From contig WQUG01000093.1 of the NCBI GenBank assembly GCA_009785855.1, positions 1-39,026 on the forward strand: a DNA stretch of 39,026 nucleotides, written 5' to 3'. The translations under genes and the position numbers were made by a program. Source of the stretch: Actinomycetes bacterium (GTDB lineage Bacteria; Actinomycetota; Coriobacteriia; WRKU01; WQUG01). This document shows, in pieces, positions 8,120 through 17,057 of the stretch. Below the pieces are notes generated by a model, which worked only from the letters and a program-made list of their open reading frames with translations, did not search any database and was not told the DNA's origin. Within the stretch, counting starts at the first letter, position 1; each line of letters opens with the position of its first letter.

Positions 8120-9251
8120 GTTTCGCCAGGCCCAACTCATCGAGTGGCAGCAGGCGGATCCGGGCCGGATCGCGCGCAAGGACCTGAGAGAAGATATGCA
8201 TGAGGTCGGCGCGATGGTCAGCCTCCTGCATCTCGATGAAATCGATGATGATGATACCGCTGAGATTGCGCAGGCGGATCTGTTGAGCTGCTATGATAGC
8301 CGCCGCCTGGTTCGTCTGAACAGCGGTCACCTCGAGACTCGCCGCGCCTGCGGCGGCGCCGCTGTTGACGTCGATCGCGGTCAGGGCTTCGGCATGATCG
8401 ATGACGATGCTGCCGCCGCCGGGTAAAAGCATCCGGCGCTGACGGGACTCCTGCAGCTGAGCCTCGACACCCAGGCGCTCAAGGATGGTCGAACAATCAT
8501 CATCAGAGCGTTGCAGGTCGATGACGTCCTGGTCCGTGAGAGTCGCCCGTACTTCTTCATAGAGTCTTTCACCACAGACCGTCACGATGTCTCCGGTGAC
8601 GACCCGGTCGCGCATCATCCTCAGAGGGGGCGACAGCTCCGTGAAGATCAGCGCAGGGCAGTTGCAGCTCCTGAACTTCTCCTGGATATGATCCCAGGTC
8701 GTCGCCAGATGCCCCAGCTCTGCACACAGCGTCTCTGAGGGGCGGTCTGCCGCCCGGGACCGTACGATCGCTCCTATCTGGTCCCCCTCCCGCTCTTGCC
8801 TGAGTCCCTCGAGGCACGCAGCGACAGCTGTGCGCAGATCCTTGCGCCGTCCTTCATCGAGGATCTTCTTCGAGACCCCGATGTGTTCTGCGCCGGTGAT
8901 GAGCACCACCTGTCTTCCCGCCAAAGAGATCTCGCAGCTCAGCTGGGCGGCTTTGTCAGCTCGCGCGCTGCGGATGACCTGCAGGAGCAGACATTCACCC
9001 GAACGTGGCAGGTGCATGCTGTCCTCGAGCTGGAGGAAGGCCTTCACCCCGGGAAGGATCTCCACGAACACCGCCGAGACCGCGGGAACGACATCCCGGA
9101 CGATACCGGAGAAGAGCGCCCCCGGACGGACCTGAAGGTCACGATCCTCCTCATAGTACTCGACCAAACGACCATCTTCGAGCAGCGCTACCCGGTCACG
9201 GGTCTGATCCCGGTCGAAGACCCAGTGGCGCTCGTACCTCCGCTGTCCCAT
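8100..9251 (-). CDS. rng: ribonuclease E/G family protein (short form, RNase G-like)
   Basis: It has an S1-like segment (GALFSGIVRDVVPAVSAVFVEI) and catalytic-domain motifs (IDVNSG, LRNLSGIIIIDFIEM). The protein ends at LAKLTRKQQ, without the Cys-containing Zn-link region. Its start overlaps the upstream gene's stop (ATGA). Confidence 0.85.
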   Translation of the reverse strand: MGQRRYERHWVFDRDQTRDRVALLEDGRLVEYYEEDRDLQVRPGALFSGIVRDVVPAVSAVFVEILPGVKAFLQLEDSMHLPRSGECLLLQVIRSARADKAAQLSCEISLAGRQVVLITGAEHIGVSKKILDEGRRKDLRTAVAACLEGLRQEREGDQIGAIVRSRAADRPSETLCAELGHLATTWDHIQEKFRSCNCPALIFTELSPPLRMMRDRVVTGDIVTVCGERLYEEVRATLTDQDVIDLQRSDDDCSTILERLGVEAQLQESRQRRMLLPGGGSIVIDHAEALTAIDVNSGAAAGAASLEVTAVQTNQAAAIIAAQQIRLRNLSGIIIIDFIEMQEADHRADLMHIFSQVLARDPARIRLLPLDELGLAKLTRKQQ

Positions 9252-9901
9252 CAGTCCTCCTCGTGATACAGATCGACCCGACAGAGTCCTGCCTCATACG
9301 GCGTGATCTTGAAGGGCCGCAGGAGCGCGGCAGCGAACAGGTCTGCGCGCAGGGAGCCCGTGCTCTTCATGCGCAACACGAAGCGGGCTGTCGTACGCTC
9401 AGCCTCGCCGGTCAAGACGACCGGGCCGACCACGAACTCCGACGGAAGATAGCGCTTCACTTTGCCTTTGCGCACGACCTCGAGCTCCGGGCCTGCGCAG
9501 ACGGACTCGAAGTGTTGCCGGAGTTCCTCCTGCTTCGCGCAGGTCGTGAACTCACAGGCCTGACGGTTGAACCAGCTGTCCAGGGACGGTTCTGTGGGCG
9601 CCACATAGGCGCAGTCGAGCACGGGAAGCAGCGGAGGGGCAGCGTGCTGCAGGCGCGCCAGGGCCTCCGCCGGCTTCACGAAGCGGTCCAGTTCGACTTC
9701 GGCGTACTCTTTGAGCGAGGCCACGCCGACCGGAAGCGCAGGGCCGGTCGCAAGTTTCATATGGGGGCTGAAGCCCTGGCTCAGAGCGAAGGGCAGGGCC
9801 GCGCGCCGCACCAGCCGCTGCAGGGCGCGCTGTACCTCCAGATGCGAGAGCAGAGCGGCACGGTCCTGCTCAGAGAACGAGAAGCGCAGACGGAAGGTCA
9901 T
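9251..9901 (-). CDS. DUF2344 / TIGR03936-like radical-SAM-associated protein
   Basis: 216 aa beginning MTFRLRFSFSEQDRAALLSHLEVQRALQRLVRRAALPFALSQGFSPHMKL. The FSK-xG-xxRFISHLD-like N-terminus is typical of this family. It follows the radical SAM gene immediately, with ATGA overlaps on both sides. Confidence 0.75.
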   Translation of the reverse strand: MTFRLRFSFSEQDRAALLSHLEVQRALQRLVRRAALPFALSQGFSPHMKLATGPALPVGVASLKEYAEVELDRFVKPAEALARLQHAAPPLLPVLDCAYVAPTEPSLDSWFNRQACEFTTCAKQEELRQHFESVCAGPELEVVRKGKVKRYLPSEFVVGPVVLTGEAERTTARFVLRMKSTGSLRADLFAAALLRPFKITPYEAGLCRVDLYHEED

Positions 9902-11721
9902 CAGGACCGACCCCCGCGCATGCCGGCGACTGATCCTGGATCGATCCCGGCCTCCTGACAGGCGCCGCAGGCGCTGCAGCTACTGAAGGTACAGTCAGGG
10001 GTCGTCTGCCCCGCATACGCAGCCTCTGCCTCCCGGCGCAGCCAGGCGCTGCTGACGCCTGTCGCAAGAAAGCCCCAGGGAAGTTCTTCGTCGAAGCTGC
10101 GCTTCCGGCAGGCGTACTGCTCCAAGGACAGACCACTCTCGGAAAAGGCCTGCTCCCAACGCTCCAGCTCGAAGTCGCCCTCCCAGGCGTCGGTCGCAGC
10201 TCCGCTGTCCCAGGCGCGCTCCAGCGCCTCGGCGACCCTGCGGTCCCCCCTGGCCAGAGCGCCTTCGACGACGGTGGTATCCGCCCCATGATAGTGCAGG
10301 GTGACCCCCCGTCGTGGGAGCGCTCGCTTGAGCAGCTGCTGCTTACGCTGAAGCTCCTGAAGGCTGTCCTGCGCCTCCCACTGGAAGGGAGTATGGGGTT
10401 TCGGGACGAAGCCCGCCACACTCACGGTGATCTGGAACGCATACGCGACCCGGTGGTCGAACTCTGACTTCAGCAGGTCCTGGGCCCGGCCCACGAGCTC
10501 GGCGATGGCGCAGACGTCCTCGTCGGTCTCGGTCGGAAGACCTATCATGAAGTAGAGCTTGACCCGGCGCCAGCCGCCGGCGGCCGCGACCCTGATGACC
10601 TCGAGGAGCTGCTCGTCGGTCACGTTCTTGTTGATGACGTCGCGCAGGCGCTGACTGCCGGCTTCCGGCGCGAAGGTCAGGCCGCTCTTCTTGGCGCCCT
10701 CGCTGAGCTGACGCGCGGCTTCGACCGAAAAGGCGTCGACGCGCAGGCTGGGAAGGGACACCGATACCCCCGTGCCGGCAAGCCGTGCCGCAAGCCGGCG
10801 CAGCAAGTCCTGCAGCTGAGAATAGTCCGTCGCAGAAAGTGAGGTCAGCGACACCTCATCGTAGCCCGTCTGCTCAAGACCGGTGATGATCTCACGGAGC
10901 AGGTCTGATGCTGGGCGCTCTCTGACCGGTCGATAGCTCGTACCCGCCTGGCAGAAGCGACAGCCGCGTGAGCAGCCGCGCGCGATCTCGACCGCCAGAC
11001 GATCATGGATCACCTCGCTATAAGGGACGATCGAAGAACAGGGCGCGGGATCTGTGGCGAAGCCTCTGGCGACGACCCGCTTGACAGCGCGCTGCGCCCC
11101 GTTGGCGGGGAGGTAGATACCGGGCAGATCCCCCAGCCGCTGCAACTGCTCAGCACGCGACGCCTGACGGTCCTTCAGCTCGCACAGCACCGATAAGATC
11201 TCAGCGAGCGCCTCCTCGGCCTCGCCGATGAAGAAGGCGTCGAAGAAGGGCGCCAGCGGTTCGGGGTTGTAGACGCAGGGTCCCCCGCCGATCACCAGGG
11301 GATATGAGCTGTCCCGATCTGCACCGTGCAGGGGCAGCCCCGCCAGGTCCAGGACCTCGAGGACAGCCGGATACGAGAGCTCATAGGGCAGCGTGATCCC
11401 CAGGAAGTCAAGCTCACGCACGGCCGTGTTGGTCTCCAAGGTCAGGAGCTCTGCCCCCTCCTCGCGCATCAGCGTCCGCAGATCAACGGAGGGCAGGAAG
11501 ACCCGTTCAGCCGCTACCTGCGGGATCCGGTTCGCCCGCGCGTAGAGTATCTGGAGGGCGTTGTTCGACTGACCGAGCTCATAGCTCGCCGGGTAGCAGA
11601 ACGCACCGTGAAGCAGCGCATCATCGCAGAACTCGGCAACACCCCACTCGTGATCGATCGATCGGGAAGGGTGCTGCGCGCGCGCGACCAGGCGCAGAAA
11701 GCGATCCGCGTCGCCTGACAT
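9901..11721 (-). CDS. radical SAM protein (TIGR03960-like, B12-binding-like N-terminal domain)
   Basis: 606 aa with the CxxxCxxC cluster motif in ARGCSRGCRFCQAGTSYRPVRER. The N-terminal region is Rossmann-like. It is paired with a DUF2344 gene and an RNase G gene. Confidence 0.85.
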   Translation of the reverse strand: MSGDADRFLRLVARAQHPSRSIDHEWGVAEFCDDALLHGAFCYPASYELGQSNNALQILYARANRIPQVAAERVFLPSVDLRTLMREEGAELLTLETNTAVRELDFLGITLPYELSYPAVLEVLDLAGLPLHGADRDSSYPLVIGGGPCVYNPEPLAPFFDAFFIGEAEEALAEILSVLCELKDRQASRAEQLQRLGDLPGIYLPANGAQRAVKRVVARGFATDPAPCSSIVPYSEVIHDRLAVEIARGCSRGCRFCQAGTSYRPVRERPASDLLREIITGLEQTGYDEVSLTSLSATDYSQLQDLLRRLAARLAGTGVSVSLPSLRVDAFSVEAARQLSEGAKKSGLTFAPEAGSQRLRDVINKNVTDEQLLEVIRVAAAGGWRRVKLYFMIGLPTETDEDVCAIAELVGRAQDLLKSEFDHRVAYAFQITVSVAGFVPKPHTPFQWEAQDSLQELQRKQQLLKRALPRRGVTLHYHGADTTVVEGALARGDRRVAEALERAWDSGAATDAWEGDFELERWEQAFSESGLSLEQYACRKRSFDEELPWGFLATGVSSAWLRREAEAAYAGQTTPDCTFSSCSACGACQEAGIDPGSVAGMRGGRS

Positions 11722-12542
11722 CAGTGCTGCGGCCCCCGCGCCGCATGGTAGCGCTCGACCGCGAAGCCCAGCGCCCAGGTGATGGAAAACGAGATCAGCG
11801 CCCGGGAAAGCCAGCGCGTCGGCGGGAAGCGGGGCGAGAAGCTCCGGGCAAGACGGCGTCCGCCGAGCGCCGCCGCTCCGGTGACCAGAAGCTCCGGAAC
11901 ACGCTGGGCATCGAGTTCGAGCCCAGCGACCAGCGCAAGCTGCAGGATCATCTTCGCCTGGTTTGCGACGAGCACCGGCAGGTCGGCGCCATGGGTGAAG
12001 GGCACGAGCGCGATCACGGCGTTCTGCCAGGCGGTCGTCGAGCGGATCTCGCGCGACACCGCCTCGCGAGCGAAGCTGAGATCAGCCGCGATCGCCGTAC
12101 GCCGGGCCGGGATCTGCGTCGAGAACCAGGTCCCCAGCTGCGCGGCCATCTCTCCAGAGCGGGGCGAGACGACGTCCAGGATCGATACCCCCAGCACGTC
12201 TGCCGCCTGGCTCCGCAGGTCGTCGCCGACGATCACGCAGGAGGGTTGCGGGAGGGCGCCCAGGGCCGCGATATCGCGAGCATGGGCACAGACCAGGATG
12301 CTCGCGCTGCGGGCGCCGTCACCGGCGATCAGGGCGCTGTCAGCTTCCGCCTCGCCGCTCAGGATCCGCACGAAGACCTTCAAGCGGCTGCTTTGCGGCG
12401 AGAAGAGCGTACAGATCTCGTCAGCCAGCTCATCTGAACAGCGGGGATCAAGGTAGATCATCAGCCGAAGTCCCTGCTTTTGTGTGGAGATGAAGTCCTT
12501 CCCGAGATTGAGGACGTCACCGATCTTGATAGGAAAGTCCAC
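11721..12542 (-). CDS. hypothetical protein with a DUF697-like C-terminal region
   Basis: The ORF spans 11721..12569. Third-position GC becomes coding-like only from the GTG at 12542, which is preceded by AAAGGGA; ATG 12461 is an alternative start. The C-terminal segment VPFTHGADLPVLVANQAKMILQLALVAGLELD resembles the DUF697 core. The stop overlaps the radical SAM start (ATGA). Confidence 0.6.
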   Translation of the reverse strand: MDFPIKIGDVLNLGKDFISTQKQGLRLMIYLDPRCSDELADEICTLFSPQSSRLKVFVRILSGEAEADSALIAGDGARSASILVCAHARDIAALGALPQPSCVIVGDDLRSQAADVLGVSILDVVSPRSGEMAAQLGTWFSTQIPARRTAIAADLSFAREAVSREIRSTTAWQNAVIALVPFTHGADLPVLVANQAKMILQLALVAGLELDAQRVPELLVTGAAALGGRRLARSFSPRFPPTRWLSRALISFSITWALGFAVERYHAARGPQH

Positions 12543-13737
12543 TTCTGATCGTCCCTTTCGTCGCAGCAAGATAGGGACGATGCGCCCAGATAGAGCCCAA
12601 GACCCCTACAGCGATCAGGTTCGTCATCAGCGCTGTGGTCCCATAGCTCATGAAGGGCAAAGGGATGCCGGTGATCGGCATGAGTCCCATGTTCATCCCG
12701 ATGTTCTCCAGTATCTGGAACAACCACATGGCGATGATACCTGCTGCTATCAGTGTACCAAACAAGTCTTCGGCGCTGCTGCCGATCGAAAGACTCGTGA
12801 CCAGAAGCGCCAGATAAAGCGCCAGAAGGATCATACAACCAACGAAACCGACTTTCTCGGCCAACGCCGCGAAGATGAAGTCCGTGTGGCGGGTCGGCAG
12901 GAAGTTCAGGGTCGACTGGGTCCCCTTCGACAGACCCGAGCCCACGAACTGCCCGGAGCCGATCGCGATCTTGGACTGCTGAAGCTGATAGCCGGCGTCA
13001 CTGGTATCATCAGCCGGATTGAGGAAGACGGAGAGACGATCGAGCTGGTAGTTCTTGATCAGGCGGTGCATCACCACAGCCTTCCCGTTCTCTGTGACCG
13101 TGTAGGTCCAGACCGAGTTCACCCACAGCAGCGCTGCGATCGCCACGACGCCGGTCGATATCAGCACAAGCAGGTGGCGCGCTCGGGCGCCGCCCATCAG
13201 GAGGATGCCGAGCATGATCGCGATCGAGACCAGCGCCGTCCCCAGGTCCCCCTGGACGATGAGCAGGACAAAGGGGATCAGGCAGATCCCGACCGCCTTC
13301 AGGAAGCCCTTGAGCTGGGTGATCTCGCCCTCAAGTCCGGAGACGAAGGAAGCGCCGGCAAGTATCGTCAGGATCTTGGCGGGTTCGGAGGGCTGGAAGA
13401 GAGAATGCCCCGCTATCCCGACCCAGAGCGTCCCGCCAAACTCACCTTGTGCGCCCAGACCGGGCACCTTCGGCATGAGGAGCAGGACCGCTGCCATCGT
13501 CAGGAAGCCGGGCCACCAGGACTTGAAGCGTCGATAGTCGATCGCTACGACCCCGATGGCAAGGAGTGCGCCCAGAACGATCCCCAGATACTCCTTCTTG
13601 ATGAAGGCGCCCGGAGCATCATAGCCCTGGACCGCTGCCGTCACGATGATCGCTCCGTAGATCGCCAATGCAAGGGCGGAAAGCACCAGCGCCGGGTGGA
13701 TCCAGCGCTTCATCCATGCTCTGATCGATTCTGACAT
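12517..13737 (-). CDS. rodA: SEDS-family peptidoglycan polymerase RodA
   Basis: 406-aa polytopic membrane protein of the FtsW/RodA/SpoVE type (PSEPAKI, TDFIFA, GMNMGLMPITGIPLPFMSYGTTA). It lies directly downstream of mrdA. Confidence 0.9.
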   Translation of the reverse strand: MSESIRAWMKRWIHPALVLSALALAIYGAIIVTAAVQGYDAPGAFIKKEYLGIVLGALLAIGVVAIDYRRFKSWWPGFLTMAAVLLLMPKVPGLGAQGEFGGTLWVGIAGHSLFQPSEPAKILTILAGASFVSGLEGEITQLKGFLKAVGICLIPFVLLIVQGDLGTALVSIAIMLGILLMGGARARHLLVLISTGVVAIAALLWVNSVWTYTVTENGKAVVMHRLIKNYQLDRLSVFLNPADDTSDAGYQLQQSKIAIGSGQFVGSGLSKGTQSTLNFLPTRHTDFIFAALAEKVGFVGCMILLALYLALLVTSLSIGSSAEDLFGTLIAAGIIAMWLFQILENIGMNMGLMPITGIPLPFMSYGTTALMTNLIAVGVLGSIWAHRPYLAATKGTIRSGLSYQDR

Positions 13738-13743
13738 CCAGGC

Positions 13744-15615
13744 CTACCGGGAGCTGTCGTTCGCGATGATCTGCTCGACCTGCTGGCCGAAGAGCGCCTC
13801 GAAGATCTGGCGGGCCGCCGGAGAAGTCACCGAGCTGTCCCCCGACTGCTCGACCACCAGGGCCACGCAGAAGCGAGGAGCGTCAGCGGGCGCATACCCG
13901 ACGAACCAACCGTAGTCGTCCTTGCCGAGGACCTGCGCGGTGCCGGTCTTGCCCGCGACCTGCGGACGGTAGTCCCGGAAGGCCGAGCTCGCCGTGCCGC
14001 TCGCGGCGCTGGTGACGTCGATCAGGGCCGTGTGGATCGTCTCCAGAGACGCCGCGCTGACGCTCGGCTGGACCTTGGCCTTCTGCGGCTTATAGATATA
14101 GACCGACTGCCCTTCGCTGTTCGCGACGGACTTCAGTATATGGGGCGTCATCACGACGCCGTCATTGGCGATGGCGCTGTAAGCGACCGCCATCTGCAGG
14201 GGGGTGGCCAGCATGTCGCCCTGCCCGATGGAAAGGTTGACGGTATCTCCCGGGACCCACTGCTGCAGCTCCGGATAATCCGCGTTCCAGGCCTTCTTCC
14301 ATGTTGGCGTCGGTACGCGTCCGCTGTTCTCTCCGGGCAGGTCGATGCCGGTCACCGATCCAAAGCCGAAGTTGCGTATGTAGTCCTGAAGCGGCGTCCC
14401 CGTCGCCCCACCTTTCTCGTAGAACATCTTCCCCAGATTGTAGAAGTAGCTGTCACAGCTCTGGGTGATGGCCTGGTTCATGTCGAGCTCGCCATGACCG
14501 CCGTGGTTCCAGCACCACTTGCCCCACTGGGCGCCCAGTCCCGTCCAGCGCCCCTGACAGTCGACCGAGGTATAGGGCGTGGCAAGCCCGTCGCTGAGGG
14601 CCGCCAGCGCGACGAAGGACTTGAAGGTCGAGGCGGGCGGATACATCGCACTGATCGCCCGGTTGGTCAGAGGGTACTCGGAGCTGGAGGCGGTCAGCTG
14701 GGTCCAGGCCGAACTTGAGATCCCGCCGATGAACAGCGAGGGATCATAGCTCGGCAAAGACGCCATCGCGATGACGTCTCCCGTCTTGGTATCAAGGGCC
14801 ACCGCGCTCGCGGCCTTCGCGTTTTTCGCCCCCTTCTTCTGGGCGATCTGGAGCGTGCCGACCAGTATCTCCTCGACTTGTTTCTGGACCTTCGCGTCGA
14901 TCGTCAGATGGACGTCCTCGCCTGACTGCGCCGGTGTCGTCGAGAGCGTCCGCTTCGGGATCCCGTCGGCGTCCACCTCGAGTTTCGTTGTCCCCCGCAC
15001 GCCCTGGAGCGCCTTCTCGAACTCGGCTTCCGCCCCGCTCTTTCCCACGATGTCGGAGGCCTGATAGCCCCTGAACGAGGGGCTGTGCAACTCATCGTCG
15101 CTGATCGCACCGGTGTAACCCAGCACCTGCGCTGCCAGGGCGCCCTGTGGATACTGCCGCACGGCGCTCGCCTGGACCGCGACCCCGGGGAACTGCGTCG
15201 CGTGCTCGCTGATATAGGCGATCTTGTCCATCGGCACATCGATGGCGAGCACATGGGGATCGAGCGGAGCGTCGCGGGCATTGTTCAGCTTGTTGATGAG
15301 GTCGGTCTTCGACATCTTGAGAACGGTAGAAAGCCGGTCGAGGACCTCGTCGTCGGTCTTGATCCAGGTCGGCGCTATGACGGTCATCGACGAGCGGTTC
15401 GTCACCAGCGCAACGCCGTTGCGGTCGAAGATCCTTCCCCGGGTCGCAGCCGTTGTCGAGGTGCGCAGCGTATTGCTCGCCGCCGCCAGCGTATACTTCT
15501 TGCCCTGGAGCAACTGCAGCGACCAGAGTCGCACTCCGAGCATCCCGAAGATCAGGACGGCCAGCGCCCCCAGGATCAGGAAGCGCACCCGCAGCATGTC
15601 GCCCGTGTCGTCCAT
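13744..15615 (-). CDS. mrdA: penicillin-binding protein 2 (elongation transpeptidase)
   Basis: 623 aa with an N-terminal membrane anchor and transpeptidase motifs STFK (ASTFKSF), SxN-like (SCDSYF) and KTGT (AGKTGTAQ). It sits between mreD and rodA. Confidence 0.92.
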   Translation of the reverse strand: MDDTGDMLRVRFLILGALAVLIFGMLGVRLWSLQLLQGKKYTLAAASNTLRTSTTAATRGRIFDRNGVALVTNRSSMTVIAPTWIKTDDEVLDRLSTVLKMSKTDLINKLNNARDAPLDPHVLAIDVPMDKIAYISEHATQFPGVAVQASAVRQYPQGALAAQVLGYTGAISDDELHSPSFRGYQASDIVGKSGAEAEFEKALQGVRGTTKLEVDADGIPKRTLSTTPAQSGEDVHLTIDAKVQKQVEEILVGTLQIAQKKGAKNAKAASAVALDTKTGDVIAMASLPSYDPSLFIGGISSSAWTQLTASSSEYPLTNRAISAMYPPASTFKSFVALAALSDGLATPYTSVDCQGRWTGLGAQWGKWCWNHGGHGELDMNQAITQSCDSYFYNLGKMFYEKGGATGTPLQDYIRNFGFGSVTGIDLPGENSGRVPTPTWKKAWNADYPELQQWVPGDTVNLSIGQGDMLATPLQMAVAYSAIANDGVVMTPHILKSVANSEGQSVYIYKPQKAKVQPSVSAASLETIHTALIDVTSAASGTASSAFRDYRPQVAGKTGTAQVLGKDDYGWFVGYAPADAPRFCVALVVEQSGDSSVTSPAARQIFEALFGQQVEQIIANDSSR

Positions 15616-15618
15616 CGT

Positions 15619-16158
15619 TCAGATCCTCGTTGCGCGCGGCAGATGCTGCACGGTCTCCATCGTCGGATTCTCACGCAAGAGGCGCGAGAGCAGCGGGAAG
15701 ATAAGCACCGCCGCCAGCGTCGTATAGAGCACGATCGGGATCACCTTCGTCACCAGCGCGCCGAAGAAGGCGATCTGTTGGCCCAGTACCAACAAGATGA
15801 TCAAGGAGAAGAGTTCGTAGATGAAGCTGGTGACGGCCAGGACCAGGACCGGCAGGACCCAGCCCTGGGCGAAGATGCGCTCGTAGGCGACCCCGGCAAG
15901 GTAACCGACGACACACATCCCCAGAGCCGCAGCCCCGAAGGGACCCGTGCCCAGAAGATCGAAGAGCAGCCCCGCAGAGAAGCCGACGAAGGCTCCTTCG
16001 ACCGGTCCGTTGACGAGCGCCATGACGATCGTGACGATCACGAGGAAGTTCGGGCGTACCGACAGGATGGCGATGGACGGGCCGATCGCGACCTGCAGGA
16101 TGAGGGCGATACAAAGCGCTGCGATCGCCGAGAGGACTTTGTTGTTCAGGACGAACAT
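15619..16158 (-). CDS. mreD: rod shape-determining protein MreD
   Basis: 179-aa hydrophobic protein located directly after mreC (ATGA overlap), with MreD-like helices. Confidence 0.8.
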   Translation of the reverse strand: MFVLNNKVLSAIAALCIALILQVAIGPSIAILSVRPNFLVIVTIVMALVNGPVEGAFVGFSAGLLFDLLGTGPFGAAALGMCVVGYLAGVAYERIFAQGWVLPVLVLAVTSFIYELFSLIILLVLGQQIAFFGALVTKVIPIVLYTTLAAVLIFPLLSRLLRENPTMETVQHLPRATRI

Positions 16159-17051
16159 CAGTTGCCACCCGTCGCCTTCGCTGGCGGTAAGGTGGTGATA
16201 TCGGGTGGCGTATCGGTCAGGATGATGACCTTCTCGACCCGCCCGATGTCGTTGGCTGGCTTGACCTGGATCACCTTATAGAGGCTGTTGACCTCTTTGC
16301 TGACTTTCGAGACCTGCCCGACGATGAGCCCTTTCGGGAACACGCCGCCCAGGCCGCTGGTGACCACCGTGTCGCCTGCGGTGACCGTCGCATCCATACT
16401 CACGAAGTTCATCGTCAGCTCCCCGGAGAGCGAGCCACGGACGATGCCCTGTGCCCGGTTCTCCTGGAGAAGCGTGGCCACCCCACTTTCCTGATCGGTG
16501 ATCAGCCGGACCTGAGCATAGTTCGGCCCGACGGAGACGACCTGGCCGAGAAGTCCGTTGGAGGCAAGGACGGGCATCGAGAGCTTGATGCCCTTCGAAC
16601 TTCCCGCGTTGACCACGATGACCTGCTGCCAGGAGCTGGTCGGAAGCCCGATGACATCTGCGATGACGCCCGCGTGGCCGGACGACCGCGCCGACTCGTT
16701 CAGCGCGGCGCTGGCCTGCGCAGAACGGACCTGTTCCTGGAGTTGGACCACCTGGGATCTGAGCGCTGCGTTCTGGTCACGCAGGGTCGTCAGCTCGCTG
16801 CGCGAGACGCCGATATCTCCCAGCCAGGCAGTGAAGCGACGCCAGGGCGTCGTGACCCACTTCCCTGTGCGCCCGACCGGACTGGTCACGGTCTGAAAGG
16901 CGACCCGGGAGCTCTGGATCGGTCCATGGGCGCCCTCGCGCATCGAGACCGTGATGAGCACGATCGAGATCAGCACCAGCAGGATCAGCCAGCCATACGG
17001 CCGGTTCCGCTTTTCAGGAGTAGCTATTTTGAGCGGAGACACGACATCCAT
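16158..17051 (-). CDS. mreC: rod shape-determining protein MreC
   Basis: 297 aa with an N-terminal TM helix, a coiled coil (LRDQNAALRSQVVQLQEQV) and beta-rich repeats (GLLGQVVSVGPNYAQVRLITD, VVTSGLGGVFPKGLIVGQV). Confidence 0.9.
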   Translation of the reverse strand: MDVVSPLKIATPEKRNRPYGWLILLVLISIVLITVSMREGAHGPIQSSRVAFQTVTSPVGRTGKWVTTPWRRFTAWLGDIGVSRSELTTLRDQNAALRSQVVQLQEQVRSAQASAALNESARSSGHAGVIADVIGLPTSSWQQVIVVNAGSSKGIKLSMPVLASNGLLGQVVSVGPNYAQVRLITDQESGVATLLQENRAQGIVRGSLSGELTMNFVSMDATVTAGDTVVTSGLGGVFPKGLIVGQVSKVSKEVNSLYKVIQVKPANDIGRVEKVIILTDTPPDITTLPPAKATGGN

Positions 17052-17057
17052 CTCCCG

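Noticed and set aside
12484-13734. 416-aa plus-strand ORF opposite rodA. The same applies to 15085-16281, 16674-18134, 8796-9958, 4543-5556 and 31611-32489.
   Set aside because: All are antisense or out-of-frame shadows of genes with strong family signatures. Their products are Arg/His/Asp-rich without motifs.
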